Shown: positions 23,601 to 35,459 of the stretch, one piece after another
Layout of the letters: every line of letters starts with the position of its first letter
Position numbering within the stretch: the stretch's first letter is position 1
Source of the DNA: Centroscyllium fabricii
Taxonomy: Eukaryota
Assembly: GCA_051313645.2 (NCBI GenBank)
Contig: JBNRSN020000003.1
Location: 215,822,001 to 215,886,000 of the forward strand
Direction: 5' to 3'
DNA: 64,000 nt
Program-made: the position numbers and the translations under genes
Notes under the pieces: model-generated
What the model saw: the letters and a program-made list of their open reading frames with translations, nothing else
The model's database searches: none
What the model was told of the DNA's origin: nothing

Positions 23601-24143
23601 GTGAGACCACACCTGGAATATTGTGTGCAGTTCTGGGCACCTCACTATAGGAAGGACGTGGAGGCATTGGAAATAGTGCAGAGGAGATTTACCAGGATGC
23701 TGCCTGGTTTGGGGGGGTAGGTCTTATGAAGAGAGGTTGAGGGAGGTGGGGCTCTTCTCTTTGGAGCGAAGGAGGTTGAGAGGCGACTTAATAGAGGTTT
23801 ATAAGATGATGAAGGGGATGGTAGAGTGGACGTTCAGAGGCTATTTCCTCGGGTGGGTGTAACGGTTACAAGAGGGCATAACTATAGGATACATGGGGGA
23901 AGATTTAGGAAGGATGTCAGAGGCAGATTCTTTACCCAGAGAGTGTTCGGGGTGTGGAATGGACTGCCTGCTGAAATAGTGGAGTCGGACAATTTGGGAG
24001 CCTTCAAAAGGTTATTGGATAAGCACATGGAGCGCAATGAAGGTTGGGGGGGATAGCAGTATTTCATATCGGACCATGCTCGGCACTACATTGGGGGCCG
24101 AAGGGCCTGTACTGTGCTGTATTGTTCTATGTTCTATGTTCTA
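20605..24143 (+). mobile_element. 5'-truncated CR1 LINE (RT to 3' tail), interrupted by an LTR element
   Basis: PLLKKGNRNDPG|NYRPVSLTSVVGK spans the LTR insertion; QHGF, DFSKAFD, GVPQGSVLGP, FADD; (TATGTTC)n tail; possible TSD TAAACC. Confidence 0.9.
20646..22771 (-). mobile_element. Non-autonomous 2.1-kb LTR element (internally deleted Gypsy)
   Basis: 313-bp LTRs 20646-20958 and 22459-22771 (about 6 differences by eye), TSD GTAAC, PBS TGGCGATGAG, PPT aggggggaggag; only gag scraps remain. Confidence 0.92.
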
Positions 24144-25244
24144 AACCGTATCTTTCAACAGTTTGTATATTTTGTCCATATTGCTTGACATCTTAGGGTC
24201 ATCAGTGGGTTTTATTTTAATAAAATTATCAAATAAAATGGATAGCAAAGTATGCTATAAATTACAGCATAGCTCTCTTTTATGTTTACGAAAAAGTTAT
24301 AATGTTGTCACAGTTTTTGCCATTAATATGTATCTCCAATTCTCTTGCTGTCAATAGTTTGATATTGAAAAAAAAAACGATACCATCAAAAAGCTAAACA
24401 TACAATTACATACAGCAATTTTATTTTTTGTACAGCTCTGTCAGTGAAGGCTTTAATCTCATACAGACAAGATATTGATCTGAAGCCAATGTTTCTTGAA
24501 CAGCTAAAGGGGAATCAAATTATTAGCAACAAAATACATTAATCATGATGTATTTAATAACAGCATGTGCATGTTGTGTTGTATCTTTGGCAGGATTCCT
24601 AACAAGTTTAATGAGAAGTATCCTTTACTTGAGGTTGATTATTATGGTTGTTTGTTGATCCATTTTTACAAAAGATGATTATACTTTAAAGGTTTCTTGC
24701 CTGCTGACAAAGGTATAGTATACATATAGTATTAGTATGTAGTTTAGTATATGATAGCTTGTATTTCTAAAGCAAATGCTTAGAGGGCAAGATATGATAT
24801 TGAGAATTCTGTGATGCAGGTTGGAATTGCTGTTTAATGCATTGAGCACTGGCGCTGATGTCAATTTTACAGTCAAATATTTTGATCAAATCATGAAAGC
24901 CTATTTGATTATGTAGCAGCACAGATAATCATCAGGTTGTGAACAATGGTCTACCTTTCATTACCTGGTGTTTGCATGAAGTCAGGTGTACACAGCTTCA
25001 CTTAGATTGCCTAACAATCAGATGCAGCAGCAAAGCATGTAATGTTATCAGATCTAGACAAGGTTGCTAGTGGGGAAGAAGAATTGTGATGATCAGCTTT
25101 TCCCTCTGACACGTGTAGTGCATGAAAACTGGCACTGGATAGAGAAATTTCAGAAATGTTTACGGTTAGGTTTCATTTCCTCCTTGCTACAAGAGTATAA
25201 TGTGGAGATTTGCCAAAGCATAAAAGGGATGGTGGGAGTTCTCT

Positions 25245-25760
25245 TACCTTGATGACCCTGATCAGGTCATTGAACTTCTTGCGGAATCAGTCCACTTTCC
25301 TGGGAGTGAGAGAGGTGGCACTCAGTGGCACTGCCACCTCTTCCACATTGCTCTGTTGGCTGCTTTTGGGGGGTTCTTTCTGACGTATCGTCAATCAAAC
25401 ACGAAAGACGAGTAGTTACCCAAACGACAGGCTTTTATTCACTTACAATGGAGCTAGTCTCCTGTCGAGTTCAAGGCGAGAGTGAGCAGGGGCAGGGCAG
25501 CCCTCACCTATATGCTTCCACCGGAGGAGTTAGAGGTCTGGCTGACCTGGCCTTGCATACAATGTACAATGTCAAAGGTGAGCACATCCATATATACACT
25601 GGTGAGCACATCAATATATACACTGGTAATACGGTTACCACACTTTCCTCACATTCCCAGCAGTTGGTCTCTCCTCTATCCGCTCTCATCAAGGAGTATC
25701 TGCAGAACAGCATCTGAGCAATTCTGGGCTTGCCTCCTTCTGCAGCCACTTCCCTGATGC
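25245..25760 (-). pseudogene. Harbinger Myb/SANT exon-1 remnant
   Basis: RRQAQNCSDAVLQILLDE...RRDQL and RKKFNDLIRVIK followed by donor AAG|gtaag. Confidence 0.65.
25381..25642 (-). mobile_element. Solo LTR of the Gypsy 1 family
   Basis: Reverse complement of the 3375-3611 type LTR; TSD CTTTC. Confidence 0.9.
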
Positions 25761-26077
25761 ATTTGTTGTGAGCCACCTGAGAGTGAGATTGATACCATTA
25801 TGATGCCTTGAGAAAGCAAAGAAATTATTTGACAAAATTTAGAGCTGAAACATGCACACCTGTTGGGCTTCCAAGAACCTGCCGTCACCATACCCCAGCC
25901 CTCACCCTGCTTTTGGCTCTCCAATGCATATTTAGGTGAGCTAAACCCCCCAAATTTCGATGGGGTCAGTAGCATAAATCGCTGGTGGATGTAAGTCCTG
26001 GCCAACCAGCATGATGAAAGTGCAAAGCACAACACAAGTTTTTAGAACCAATTGACTCGAATTTCATTCAGCCGTTG

Positions 26078-26840
26078 AGGCCGGATTGGAGGCATGTGGG
26101 GGTTTAAAATCACGAAATCAGGGGGGCACGAACCCATCCCGCCTCCATGCCCGTTTTCCAGGAGGCGGGTATACGACCTGTGCTGGGAGCCACCTCCCCG
26201 AGGCGGGAAGGGGATTAGTGCCAATTAACTGCCTGTTAACAGGTGGTTAACAGGCAGTTTTTAGCCTAATCCCTATTTTTACCCCTCAAGTGTGAGATTC
26301 CTGATGGCTCCAAACCATGCCAAGTTAGCGAGGTGGACCTTCGGGCTGAAGGGCTTGGAGGGTTCGAGATGTCCGGTGTTCAGGTGAGTGATGGGTGCAT
26401 GAGTGCAGGGGTAAGTGTGTTTGGTGTGTGTGAAGTGTTTAAAGAGGTTTTACTTACCTTCACTTAATAATGCAGCCTTCCTTCCTTCAGGTCTCTGAGT
26501 CCCTCAGCTCACTGGCACAGAAAGCAGAATGGCTGCGAGCTGGCAAAATCTGCAGCCTCTGCTTTCTGTTCTGGAGAGATTTCTAAAGCAGCCTGAAAGT
26601 AAGGAATTAACTTAGTGTACAGATTGTCAGTATTTGACAGCTTCAAACAGCTGTCAAACGCTGATATTTCATTTGTCAAAAGCGCTTGACAGATGAAATG
26701 CCAAGGTGGCCCTTAATTGGCTTAACAAGGTCAATCAAAGGAAAATCAAGTGGGTTGGCCACAACTCGATGGAGGCGCGACTACAACTCCAAAAGTGGGA
26801 GTCCCGCCTCCTACTCGCCTCCATTAATAAAATCCAGCCC
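26078..26840. mobile_element. Harbinger-type MITE family D
   Basis: Right TIR AAAATCCAGCCC; colinear with 62715-63891. Confidence 0.75.
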
Positions 26841-27694
26841 AATGTGTTTTTCAACTTGTGAAAGAGGCAGAGACCACAAGTACCAGCAGGAAGTTTTTTG
26901 ACACTTAAAATTATATTGTCTCCTCCACTGTATAAGGACATGTAATGTAAGCTTGGATAATCTGAATGTCAATATCATATTGCATGTGTAATACAGTTAA
27001 CTTCAAGCCTGTGTAGATTACGAAGGTGGGCAAGGTTAGCTCAAGGTTCAAATGATTGCCAGAGATGGAAGCAGCAATAATGAATAGAGCCAATTTGTTT
27101 ATTGATACCAGAGTGAATACCATAGAGTACTTGAGAAAACACTGCACAACACTCCCAGGGCAGCTACAGTTACATGCATTCAGACATAATTCATTGTTAT
27201 ACCCCAGTGTGCCACGTGACCTTGCTATACCTGATGTAAGCAGGATAGAAGAGGAACAGCTTTTAAATTAGAAAGCAGCCCAAATGTACAACCCCGTATG
27301 CCATGGTGTGCACCCCTCAAAAGCATCAAAATAAGCCTGCAGTTCTCTTCTGTATTTGGGGAGTAAACCTTGTTGATGTGACAGCCCTGTGGGGTCAGGA
27401 GATCTGCAGCATTCATTGCCTCAGGGCTACTATTCACTTTATTATATGAAACAAGGGGTTACTTTTGTTCCCTGGGTTGCTCAATATCAATAAAATGCAA
27501 TATTTTCCCACAGCCTCTCCTGGTGTGCTTTCTGAATCAGCCTATTTCCTGCACTTCGCAGACAGTTTTCGAGAGGAAGTATAGCTGATCATAAAGATTT
27601 CTACTGCTATTTCACTGATCTCATATCATCAGTTTCTTCAAAAGTCAGACAGATTGAACACAGCAGTTTTCATGCTGTCCCAAAGAAAGTGCTC

Positions 27695-28058
27695 ACATTT
27701 ATATAGCAGCTTTCATGACTTCAGGACACCAAAAGCACTTTACAGACCATTGAAGTGTATGTTATAATGTATGCAAACGAGGCAGCCAATTTGCACACAG
27801 AAAGTTCCCACAATCAGTAATAATCTGATTTAGTGATGCTGGTTAAGGGATAAATGTTGCCATGAGATCTTTTACATCCACCTGAGCAGACAGACAGTGC
27901 CGGTTTAGTACCTCATCTGAAAGACAGCACCTCCAAGAGTACATACAGCACTGAAGTGTCAGCTTAGATTACGTACTCAAGTCTCTGGAGTGGGGATTGA
28001 ACCCACAATCTTCCAACTCCATGGAAACAGTGCTACCTACCACTGAGCCAAGACTAAC
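27695..28058 (-). mobile_element. Deu-domain SINE (SacSINE1-like)
   Basis: Inverted homolog of 1543-1950, with tRNA head (ttgaacccac, cactgagcc) and tail atttatatagc. Confidence 0.7.
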
Positions 28059-28239
28059 ATGGTACTTCATTTTAAAATACAGACCAATCTACCTGCTAAC
28101 TGACATGTACGTTAGTCAGTATTTACAGCGTTGTGTCTCCAGGTCAGCATTTATCAACAAAAATCAGTGTTTTGCTAGTCTCCCCAGAATGCTCCCCAAT
28201 TATCTTTAGTTCATCTGTATATCGAAGCATAATCACTAT

Positions 28240-28851
28240 GGGCGAAAAATTGGCGCCTTAGCGCCGGCCCATTAGCGCCAAAAATTGGGGCAGCGCCGAC
28301 GTAGCACCCAAATTAGCGCCGGGGGTCGCGGCGACCCACCAAGAGGGGGTCGCCGCGACCCACCAAGAGGGGGTCGCCGCGACCCACCAAGAGGGAACTG
28401 ATCAGAGAGCCAGCCGCCGAATCTGCGGTCTACTGTCAGGAATCACGCTGTGCTCCGTTTTCATTCTTCCAGGATTTATCTTCAGGAAGTCAGAGCCCCC
28501 TCAGCTTTCCAGTGTAACACCCCCCGATCGGGGGGTCGGGCGATCCCCCAGCGGCAACTGATCAGAGACCACGGAGAACAGCTTTTGCTCTGCTTCCCCT
28601 TTAAGGCCTCATCAGCTGCAGAGGCCATGGGGAAGTAAGCAGTTAGTGAGGGAGCGCTGCGCCCGGCAACGGCCATTAGCGGCAGCATATTGGTCGCCTG
28701 GAAGACGTGCAAGGCGTGAATTCTGCCAAAATCATCAAGGCCATCGCTAGCGCCAATATCGGCCGCGTCGGCGCTAATTTAGCGCCGGTGCTAAATTTTA
28801 GCACATCGGCAAATTTAGCGCCCAACCCGTACGCTGACGAATTTTTCGGCC
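28240..28851. mobile_element. MITE family A, inverted, with one core arm and 3 x 24-bp tandem repeat (28321-28392)
   Basis: TIRs GGGCGAAAAATT / AATTTTTCGGCC; inverse homology to 3034-3374 and 8575-8780. Confidence 0.85.
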
Positions 28852-28904
28852 ATGAGTCCTGTGCTGACTTGCGATCAAAGGAAACCTAGTGGTGTGCAAG
28901 TACT

Positions 28905-29025
28905 ATGGGTGGGGAGGGGCGGGGTGCTGGGTTTGGATGATCAGCCATGATCTCATTGAATGGCGGAGCAGGCTCGAAGGGCCGAATGGCCTACTCCTGC
29001 TCCTATCTTCTATGTTTCTATGTTT
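28905..29025 (+). mobile_element. V-SINE 3' tail fragment
   Basis: gggtgctgggtttggatgatcagccatg...ttctatgtttctatg as in the other SINE copies. Confidence 0.75.
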
Positions 29026-29099
29026 ACTTCAAATCTTTGGGGGATGATGTACTGTTGAGACTGATCAGATAGATTGTACTGGGGAAATATATGAGATAT

Positions 29100-29432
29100 G
29101 AAATGTATCTTGATTGAATTTGTTGAGGAGGTAACAAGGTGGGTCGATAATGGAAGTGCGTTTTATGTAGTCTACATGGATTTTAGCAGGGCTTTTGACA
29201 CGGTCCCACATGGCAGACTGGTCAGAAAAGTAAAAGCCCATGGGATCCAAGGAAAAGTGGCAAGTTGGATTCAAAATTGGCTCAGTGGCAGGAAATAAAG
29301 GGTAATGGTCAACGGATGTTTTGTGACTGGAAAGCTGTTTCCAGTGAGGTTCGACAGGGCTCACTACGAGGTGCTACCCTTGCTTTTTGTGGTATATATC
29401 CACGATTTAGACTTCAATGTAGGTGGCATGAT
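29100..29432 (+). mobile_element. CR1 RT fragment
   Basis: LIEFVEEVT...YMDFSRAFD...WIQNWLSGRK. Confidence 0.8.
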
Positions 29433-29452
29433 TATAGAGTCATAGAGTCATA

Positions 29453-30268
29453 GGGGGCTAAATTCGTCAATGCACGATTTCTGGCGCTAAAATGGGCGCA
29501 GCGATAAAATTACCGCCGGCGCTAAATTAGCGCCACGGTGCCTGATATTGGCGTTAGCGCTGGCCTTGCAGATTTCGCCGCTAATTCAGGTGTTGCACAA
29601 CTTCCAGGCGGCCAATTTTTTGGCGCGAATTGCCGTTCCCGGGCGCATCGCTCCCGAACAAACTGCTTGCTTCCCCATGACCTCTGGAGCCGAATAGGTC
29701 TTAAAGGGGTAGGGGAAGCAGAGAATCATGTTTTGGTCCCCCCTCACTCATCATCTCCCCGGTCTCGGGCTGCCCGACCCCCCTCCCCGCTCCCTCATAA
29801 ACTGCTCGATCTCGGGCTGCCCGACCCCCCTGCCCGCTCCCTCATCAACTGCTCGATCTGGGGCTGCCTGACCCCCTCCCTGCTCCCTCATCAACTGCTC
29901 GATCTGGGGCTGCCCGACTCCCCTCCCCACTCCCTTACCAACTGGCATATCTCGGGCCGAGGAGGGAGGGTAGCCCTTTTAGCCGTGCTGCAGCGGCCAC
30001 TCAAAGCTGCAGCAGCGCATGCCAAAGCGCGAAGCGGGGTAGACTGGCGCAAAAGCTAATTTCAGGTGCAGCCCAGCGGGCAGGCGTTGCACACGCATTT
30101 CAACGAGGATTGCTGATCACTAATTAGCGGCGCGCTAACATTTAGCCCGGCGCTGGGCAGGTGGCGAATTTAGCGCCCGGCGCTATTTTTGGTGCTAATT
30201 CGGTGCCGGCCCATTAGCGCCCATTTTTGGTGCTAATAGGCCAGCGCTAAGGTGCCAATTTTGCACCC
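29453..30268. mobile_element. MITE family A variant with 4 x ~47-bp tandem core (29764-29955)
   Basis: TSD ATA; degenerate TIRs GGGGGCTAAATT / AATTTTGCACCC; subterminal homology to 3034-3300 and 8850-9167. Confidence 0.85.
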
Positions 30269-30777
30269 ATAGAGTTTTACAGCACAGAAAGAGGCCTTTC
30301 GGCCCATCGCGTCCGTGCCGGCCATAAAGCCCTGTCTATTCTAATCCCATTTTCCTGCATTTGGTCCATAGCCTTGTATGCTATGGCACTTCAAGTGCTT
30401 ATCTAAATGCTTCTTGAATGTTGTGAGGGTTCCTGCCTCTACCACCCTTTCAGGCAGTGAGTTCCAGATTCCAACCACCCTCTGGGTGAAAAAGATCTTC
30501 CTCAAATCCCCTCTAAACCTCCTGCCCCTTACCTTGAAACTATGTCCCCTTGTTATTGACCCCTCTACCAAGGGAGAAAGTTCTTTTCTATTTACCCTAT
30601 CTATGCCCCTCATAATTTTGTACGCCTCAATCAGGTACCCCCTTAGCCTTCTCTGCTCCAAGGAAAACAACCCCAGCCTGAAGCGCTCCAGCCCAGGTAA
30701 CATCCTGGTGAATCTCCTCTGCACCCTCTCCAAAGCAATCACATCCTTCCTATAGTGTGGTGACCAGAACTGCACAC

Positions 30778-31192
30778 AGACCGGAAAACCCTGCAGCGGG
30801 TAGTCAAAACTGCCCAACGAATTACCGGTACACAGCTACCGTCAATGGAAAGCATCTAACTCAAACACTGCTTACGGAGGTCTATGAACATTATTAAAGA
30901 CCCCACACACCCCAGCCACAGTCTGTTCACCCCCCTGCCCTCCGGGAGAAGCTACAGAGCAATTCACACCCGCACGACTAGATTTCAGAACAGCTTCTTC
31001 CCCAGGGCTGTCAGACTCCTGAACTCTAAAAAGAAACTCCGGTACCTGCACGCCTGATAATGTACTTTACTGTATGCAATTTGCATGTAATTTATTTGCA
31101 CTACTCTCAGGAGAGTTGAGTCTTCGTCTCGTTGTATTGTACTAGTACTCTGCAATGACAATAAAACTTGAATTGAATTGAATTGAATTGAA
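30778..31192 (+). mobile_element. Rex1/Babar LINE 3' fragment
   Basis: DRKTLQRVVKTAQRITG...IIKDPTHPSHSLF.PLPSGR; AATAAA and (ATTGA)n tail; nearly identical to 53883-54290. Confidence 0.85.
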
Positions 31193-32271
31193 GTACTCCA
31201 GCTGTGACCTTACCAGCATTTTGTCCATCATAACCTCCCTGCTCTTATATTCTATGCCTCGGCTAATGAAGGCAGGTATCCCATATGCCTTTTTAACCAC
31301 CTTATCTACCTGTCCTGCTGCCTTCAGGGATCTATGTACATGCACACCAAGGTCCCGCTGATCCTCTGACTTTCCTAGGGTCTTACCATTCACTGTGTAT
31401 TCCCTTGCCTTGTTAGTCCTTCCAAAATGCATCACCTCACACTTTTCAGGGTTAAAATCCATTTGCCACTGCTCCGCCCATCTGACCAACCCATTTATAT
31501 CGTCCTGCAGACTGAGGCTTCCCTCGTCGCTATCTACCACCCCCCCAATTTTCATGTTAGCAGCGAACTTACTGATCATACCTTCTACATTCATATCTAA
31601 ATCGTTAATGTAGACTGCAGACAGCAGGGGACCCAGCACCAATCCCTGTGGTACCCCGCTGGACACAGGCTTCCAGTCACAAAATGACCTTCGACCATCA
31701 CCCTCTGCCTTCTGCCACTAAGCCAGTTTTGGATCCACTGTGCCAAGGTGCCCTGGACCCCATGGGCTCTTACCTTCTTGACCAGTCTCCTATGCGGGAC
31801 TTTATCAAAAGCCTTACTGAAATCCATTTATACCACATCCACTGCACTACCCTCATCGACATGCCTAGTCACCCCGTCGAAAAATTCAATCAAGTTGGTC
31901 AGACATGATCTTCCCTTGACAAAGCCATGCTGACTATCCTTGATTAATCCTTGCCTCTTCAAGTGAATCCTAATTCTGTCCCTCAGAATCTTTTCCAATA
32001 ATTTCCCTACCACTGATGTTAGGCTCACTGGCCTGTAATTCCCTGGTTTATCCCTACTACCCTTCTTGAATAATGCTACTACGTTAGCTGTTCTCCAGTC
32101 CTCTGGCACATCCCCTGTGGCCAGAGAGGTTCTGAAAATTTGTGTCAGAGCTCCTGCAATCTCTTTCTTTGCCTCACACAGCAGCCTGGGATACATCTCA
32201 TCTGGGCCTGGGGATTGATCCACTTTTAAGCCTGCTAAAACCGCTAGTACCTCCTCCCTCTCGATGGTAAT

Positions 32272-33088
32272 GGGCCAGAAATTCGGGTTTGCCGGTTGGT
32301 GGGCAACTAGGGCGAGCAACTCCCGGTCTAGAAGCCCAGCAACATCTGAGGGTTTTTTTTCTCAGAATTTCCGATTGGCTCCGCCCCCTTCGTTCGCAAC
32401 GTGGCAGTCCAGCCACGCTACGTGCGAAGTGTATGCCCCGCCCACAGATCCCAAATTTAAATAAAAAACGCCCCCCAGATCCCTAATTTAAATGAACAGA
32501 TCCCGAGTTGGACCTTTGTGAGAGCAGGTAAGTGCGGAGCTGCACAACAGACTCGCGGGGAGCAGCGCGGGGGCACAGCAGCTTCGCAGAGGAAGAAACG
32601 GAAGGTAAGTCAGCCATTTTTTCCTCTTAGATTTTTAAAATTTTTAAATTAGCTAGAGAGTTAAAAATTTCAGAAATTTAACTTTAAAAATTAACGATTT
32701 CAAACAGGTAAATTAACTTAAAATCGGATTTGTTAAATTTTTTTTAAAACTTTAACTTAAAAATTTAACGCTACCGATCTGGCCACACTACTCCCAAAAA
32801 CTGTAAAAAATTTAAATTAAAGTAAAAAAATTAACTTACCATGCTTAAGAACGTTTCTCTCTACCTCCCCAACAAGTTACTCCAGCTTTTTTCAAGTGCA
32901 TCTGTGGGCTCCGTTGCCCACAGAATCATGGAAAAAAATGACCCTTTTTGACCCTTTTTCAATCGGAAATTTTGGGTGCAACTCATTCCTGGGTATTATG
33001 CTGAGGGCCCTTCTCCCTCAGCATCGGAAATTTCGGATCCGTGGGCATCTCCGTGGGCATCTGCTTTAGGCATCGGAATTTCTGGCCC
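32272..33088. mobile_element. Harbinger-type MITE family C
   Basis: TIR GGGCCAGAAATTC / GAATTTCTGGCCC, TSD AAT. Confidence 0.9.
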
Positions 33089-33276
33089 AATATGTTCAAG
33101 TATGTCACAGTCCCCCTGCCTGATTTCTAAGCCTACATTGTCCTTCTCTGAAGTGAACACAGATGTAAAAAATTAATTTAAAACACCACCTACATCTTCT
33201 GGCTCTACACACAGATTGCCACTTTGGTCCCTAATGGGCCCTACTCTTTCCCTAGTTATCCTCTTGCCCTTAGCTA

Positions 33277-34022
33277 CTGAGAAATGTAGAGGAACAGAGG
33301 GACCTTAGAGTGCATGTCCACAGATCCCTGAAGGTAGCAGGACAGGTAGATAAGGTGGTTAAGAAGGCATACGGAATACTTTCTTTATTCGCCATGGCAT
33401 AGAATATAAGAGCAGGGAGGTTATTCTTGAACTGTATAAAACACTAGTTAGGTCACAGCTAGAATACTGCATACAGTTCTGGTCATCACATTACAGGAAT
33501 GACATGATTGCACTAAAGAGGGTACTGAGGTGATTTACGTGGATGTTGCTGAGACTGGAGAACTTTAGCTATGAGAAAAGATTCGATAGGCTGAGTTGTT
33601 TTCTTTGGAACAGAGGAGGCTGAGCGGAAACTTGATTGAGCTGTATAAAATTATGAGGGGCCTAGATCGAGTGGATAGGAAGGACCTATGACTCTATGAC
33701 CTATTTCCCTTAGCAGAGAGGTCAATAACCAGGGGGCATAGATTTAAAGTAATTGGTCGAAGGGTTAGAGGGGAATTGAGGAGAACTTTTTTTCATCCAG
33801 AGGGTGGTAGGGGTTTAGAACTTGAAAGAGTAGTAGAGGCAGAAACCCTCATCGTATGTAAAAAGTGCTTGGCTGTGCACTTGAAGTGCCATAACCTACC
33901 AGGCTGTGAACCAAGAGCTGGAAAGTGGGATTAGGCTTCTAACTCTTTTTCAGCCGTCACAGACATAATGGGCCGAATGGCCTCCTTCTGTGCCGTAAAT
34001 TTCTATGATTCTATGATCCTAT
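33277..34022 (+). mobile_element. CR1 3' fragment
   Basis: EQRDL...YCIQFW... with many stops; 3' motif gggccgaatggcctcc and (TTCTATGA)n tail. Confidence 0.85.
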
Positions 34023-34129
34023 GTATCAAGTGGTGATATGCTGAATGATTAATGTGAAATATACTGGACAGTGTGATGTAAGATGTACAACTAGGGCAGT
34101 GAGATATACATACCAACTGTCAGCGTTAG

Positions 34130-34425
34130 CAGAAAGCTCCAAGGAGTATGTCAGTGAGCCTGAAAACTACCGGTAAATCTTGCTCATATCAGTGGCTCTT
34201 CGGGTTGTTGTGACAGGTAAATTAGAGACCTGCAGAGTAAAGAACAGGCTGCATTTTGCTCTTAAGAGGAGTGCATAGATAAGGTTGTGGCTTTATGCGA
34301 CATTTTGGAACATGGTGAAGCTCAGGAGCAACCCATTTCGATTGCTTTCATTGATTTTAGAAAGGGTTTCAATCTCATACCTCATGTGGCCTATTTGAAG
34401 AAGGTGGAGAATCACAGGGAGCATC
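34130..34425 (+). mobile_element. Old RTE-clade LINE RT fragment
   Basis: PENYR..., EQAAF...CIDKVVALCDILE...PISIAFIDFRKGFNL resembles RTE RT domains 1-3. Confidence 0.55.
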
Positions 34426-34824
34426 CTTAGGATTTTCTGCTATGGACTGGACAAACAAGGCACCACCAACGGCACATGGGCTTGCACGTTTTATCTCACT
34501 AAGTCTGTCTACAGTTTAATTTACAAAAAGCTAATATTCTATGCACTTTTAATGTAACCATTTCTTTTCTGAGGTTTGCTATGGCCTTTGCATTTCAGTT
34601 TTCACAGAAAACAGCCTGAATTGCAAAATATGATCCCCAAAACTGTGGGAAAAATTCAAAAATATCATTCTGCCTGAAACTATTACTATGCTACTATGTA
34701 ATATAAACAGTATTTAACTTATTCATATATTACATAAATTACATAAAATGTACAGCACAAAAATACTAAAGAACTCTAAAGCAATGGTCCTTTTCATAGA
34801 CCTAGATTCCTGGCTATACTGCAG

Positions 34825-34962
34825 TTGCACTCCTTCCATGGCAAGAACATCTTTCCTTAGATAAGGCAACCAAAACTGCACACAATACTCAAGATGTGGC
34901 CTCACCAAGGCCCTGTACAACTGCAGGAAGACATCCTCTCTTCTATGTTTCTATGTTTCTAT
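34825..34962. mobile_element. Short CR1 insertion with inverted body and sense tail
   Basis: Minus-strand LQLYRALVRPHLEYCVQFW...MEGVQ joined directly to a plus-strand tcttctatgtttctatg tail. Confidence 0.7.
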
Positions 34963-35199
34963 GTTGTCAGTTGTTTTTTGAATTGACAGTTTTTTGAAGC
35001 TGTCAGTTTTTGTGAGTTTTCTCGGGTGGCATGTATGAGAATCAAGAGGGAAACCGACAATACCAACATCCAAACCTGGGATTTAAAACTTACTGAGGGT
35101 GAAATTGGCCTACGCTAACAGTGCAAAATGTACTTATAGCAAATTGAGTCATTTTACACTATGCCTGACTTTGCTTTCCATTAACTTCAATTAATCACT

Positions 35200-35459
35200 T
35201 GGACAAATATCAACTGATCAGAAGGAGCTAGAATGGATTTGTAAAGAGTAAATCATGTCTAACAAATCTTGGTAAATCTTTTGAGGAGGTCACTAACATG
35301 GTAAATAAGGGAATGTCTATGGATGTTAGTTATATGGACTTCCAAAAGGCATTCGATAAGGTTCCACAAAAGAGAATCTTAGCAAAATTGAAAGCGCATG
35401 GAATTGGAGGCAACCTATTGACATCGGTAGAGATTTACTTTAGTGGTAGGAAATAGAGT
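35200..35459 (+). mobile_element. Old CR1 RT fragment; continues at 48492-48540 after the 13-kb nested block
   Basis: KSCLTNL...YMDFQKAFDKVP...GRK*R|VGIRGKYSNW. Confidence 0.75.

Larger units (their letters stand above)
29433..33275 (-). mobile_element. CR1 LINE ORF2 3' half carrying three nested insertions
   Basis: ORFs 31828..32319, 31142..31666 and 30341..30817 carry CR1 RT motifs; (GACTCTAT)n tail split by the MITE at 29453. Confidence 0.9.
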
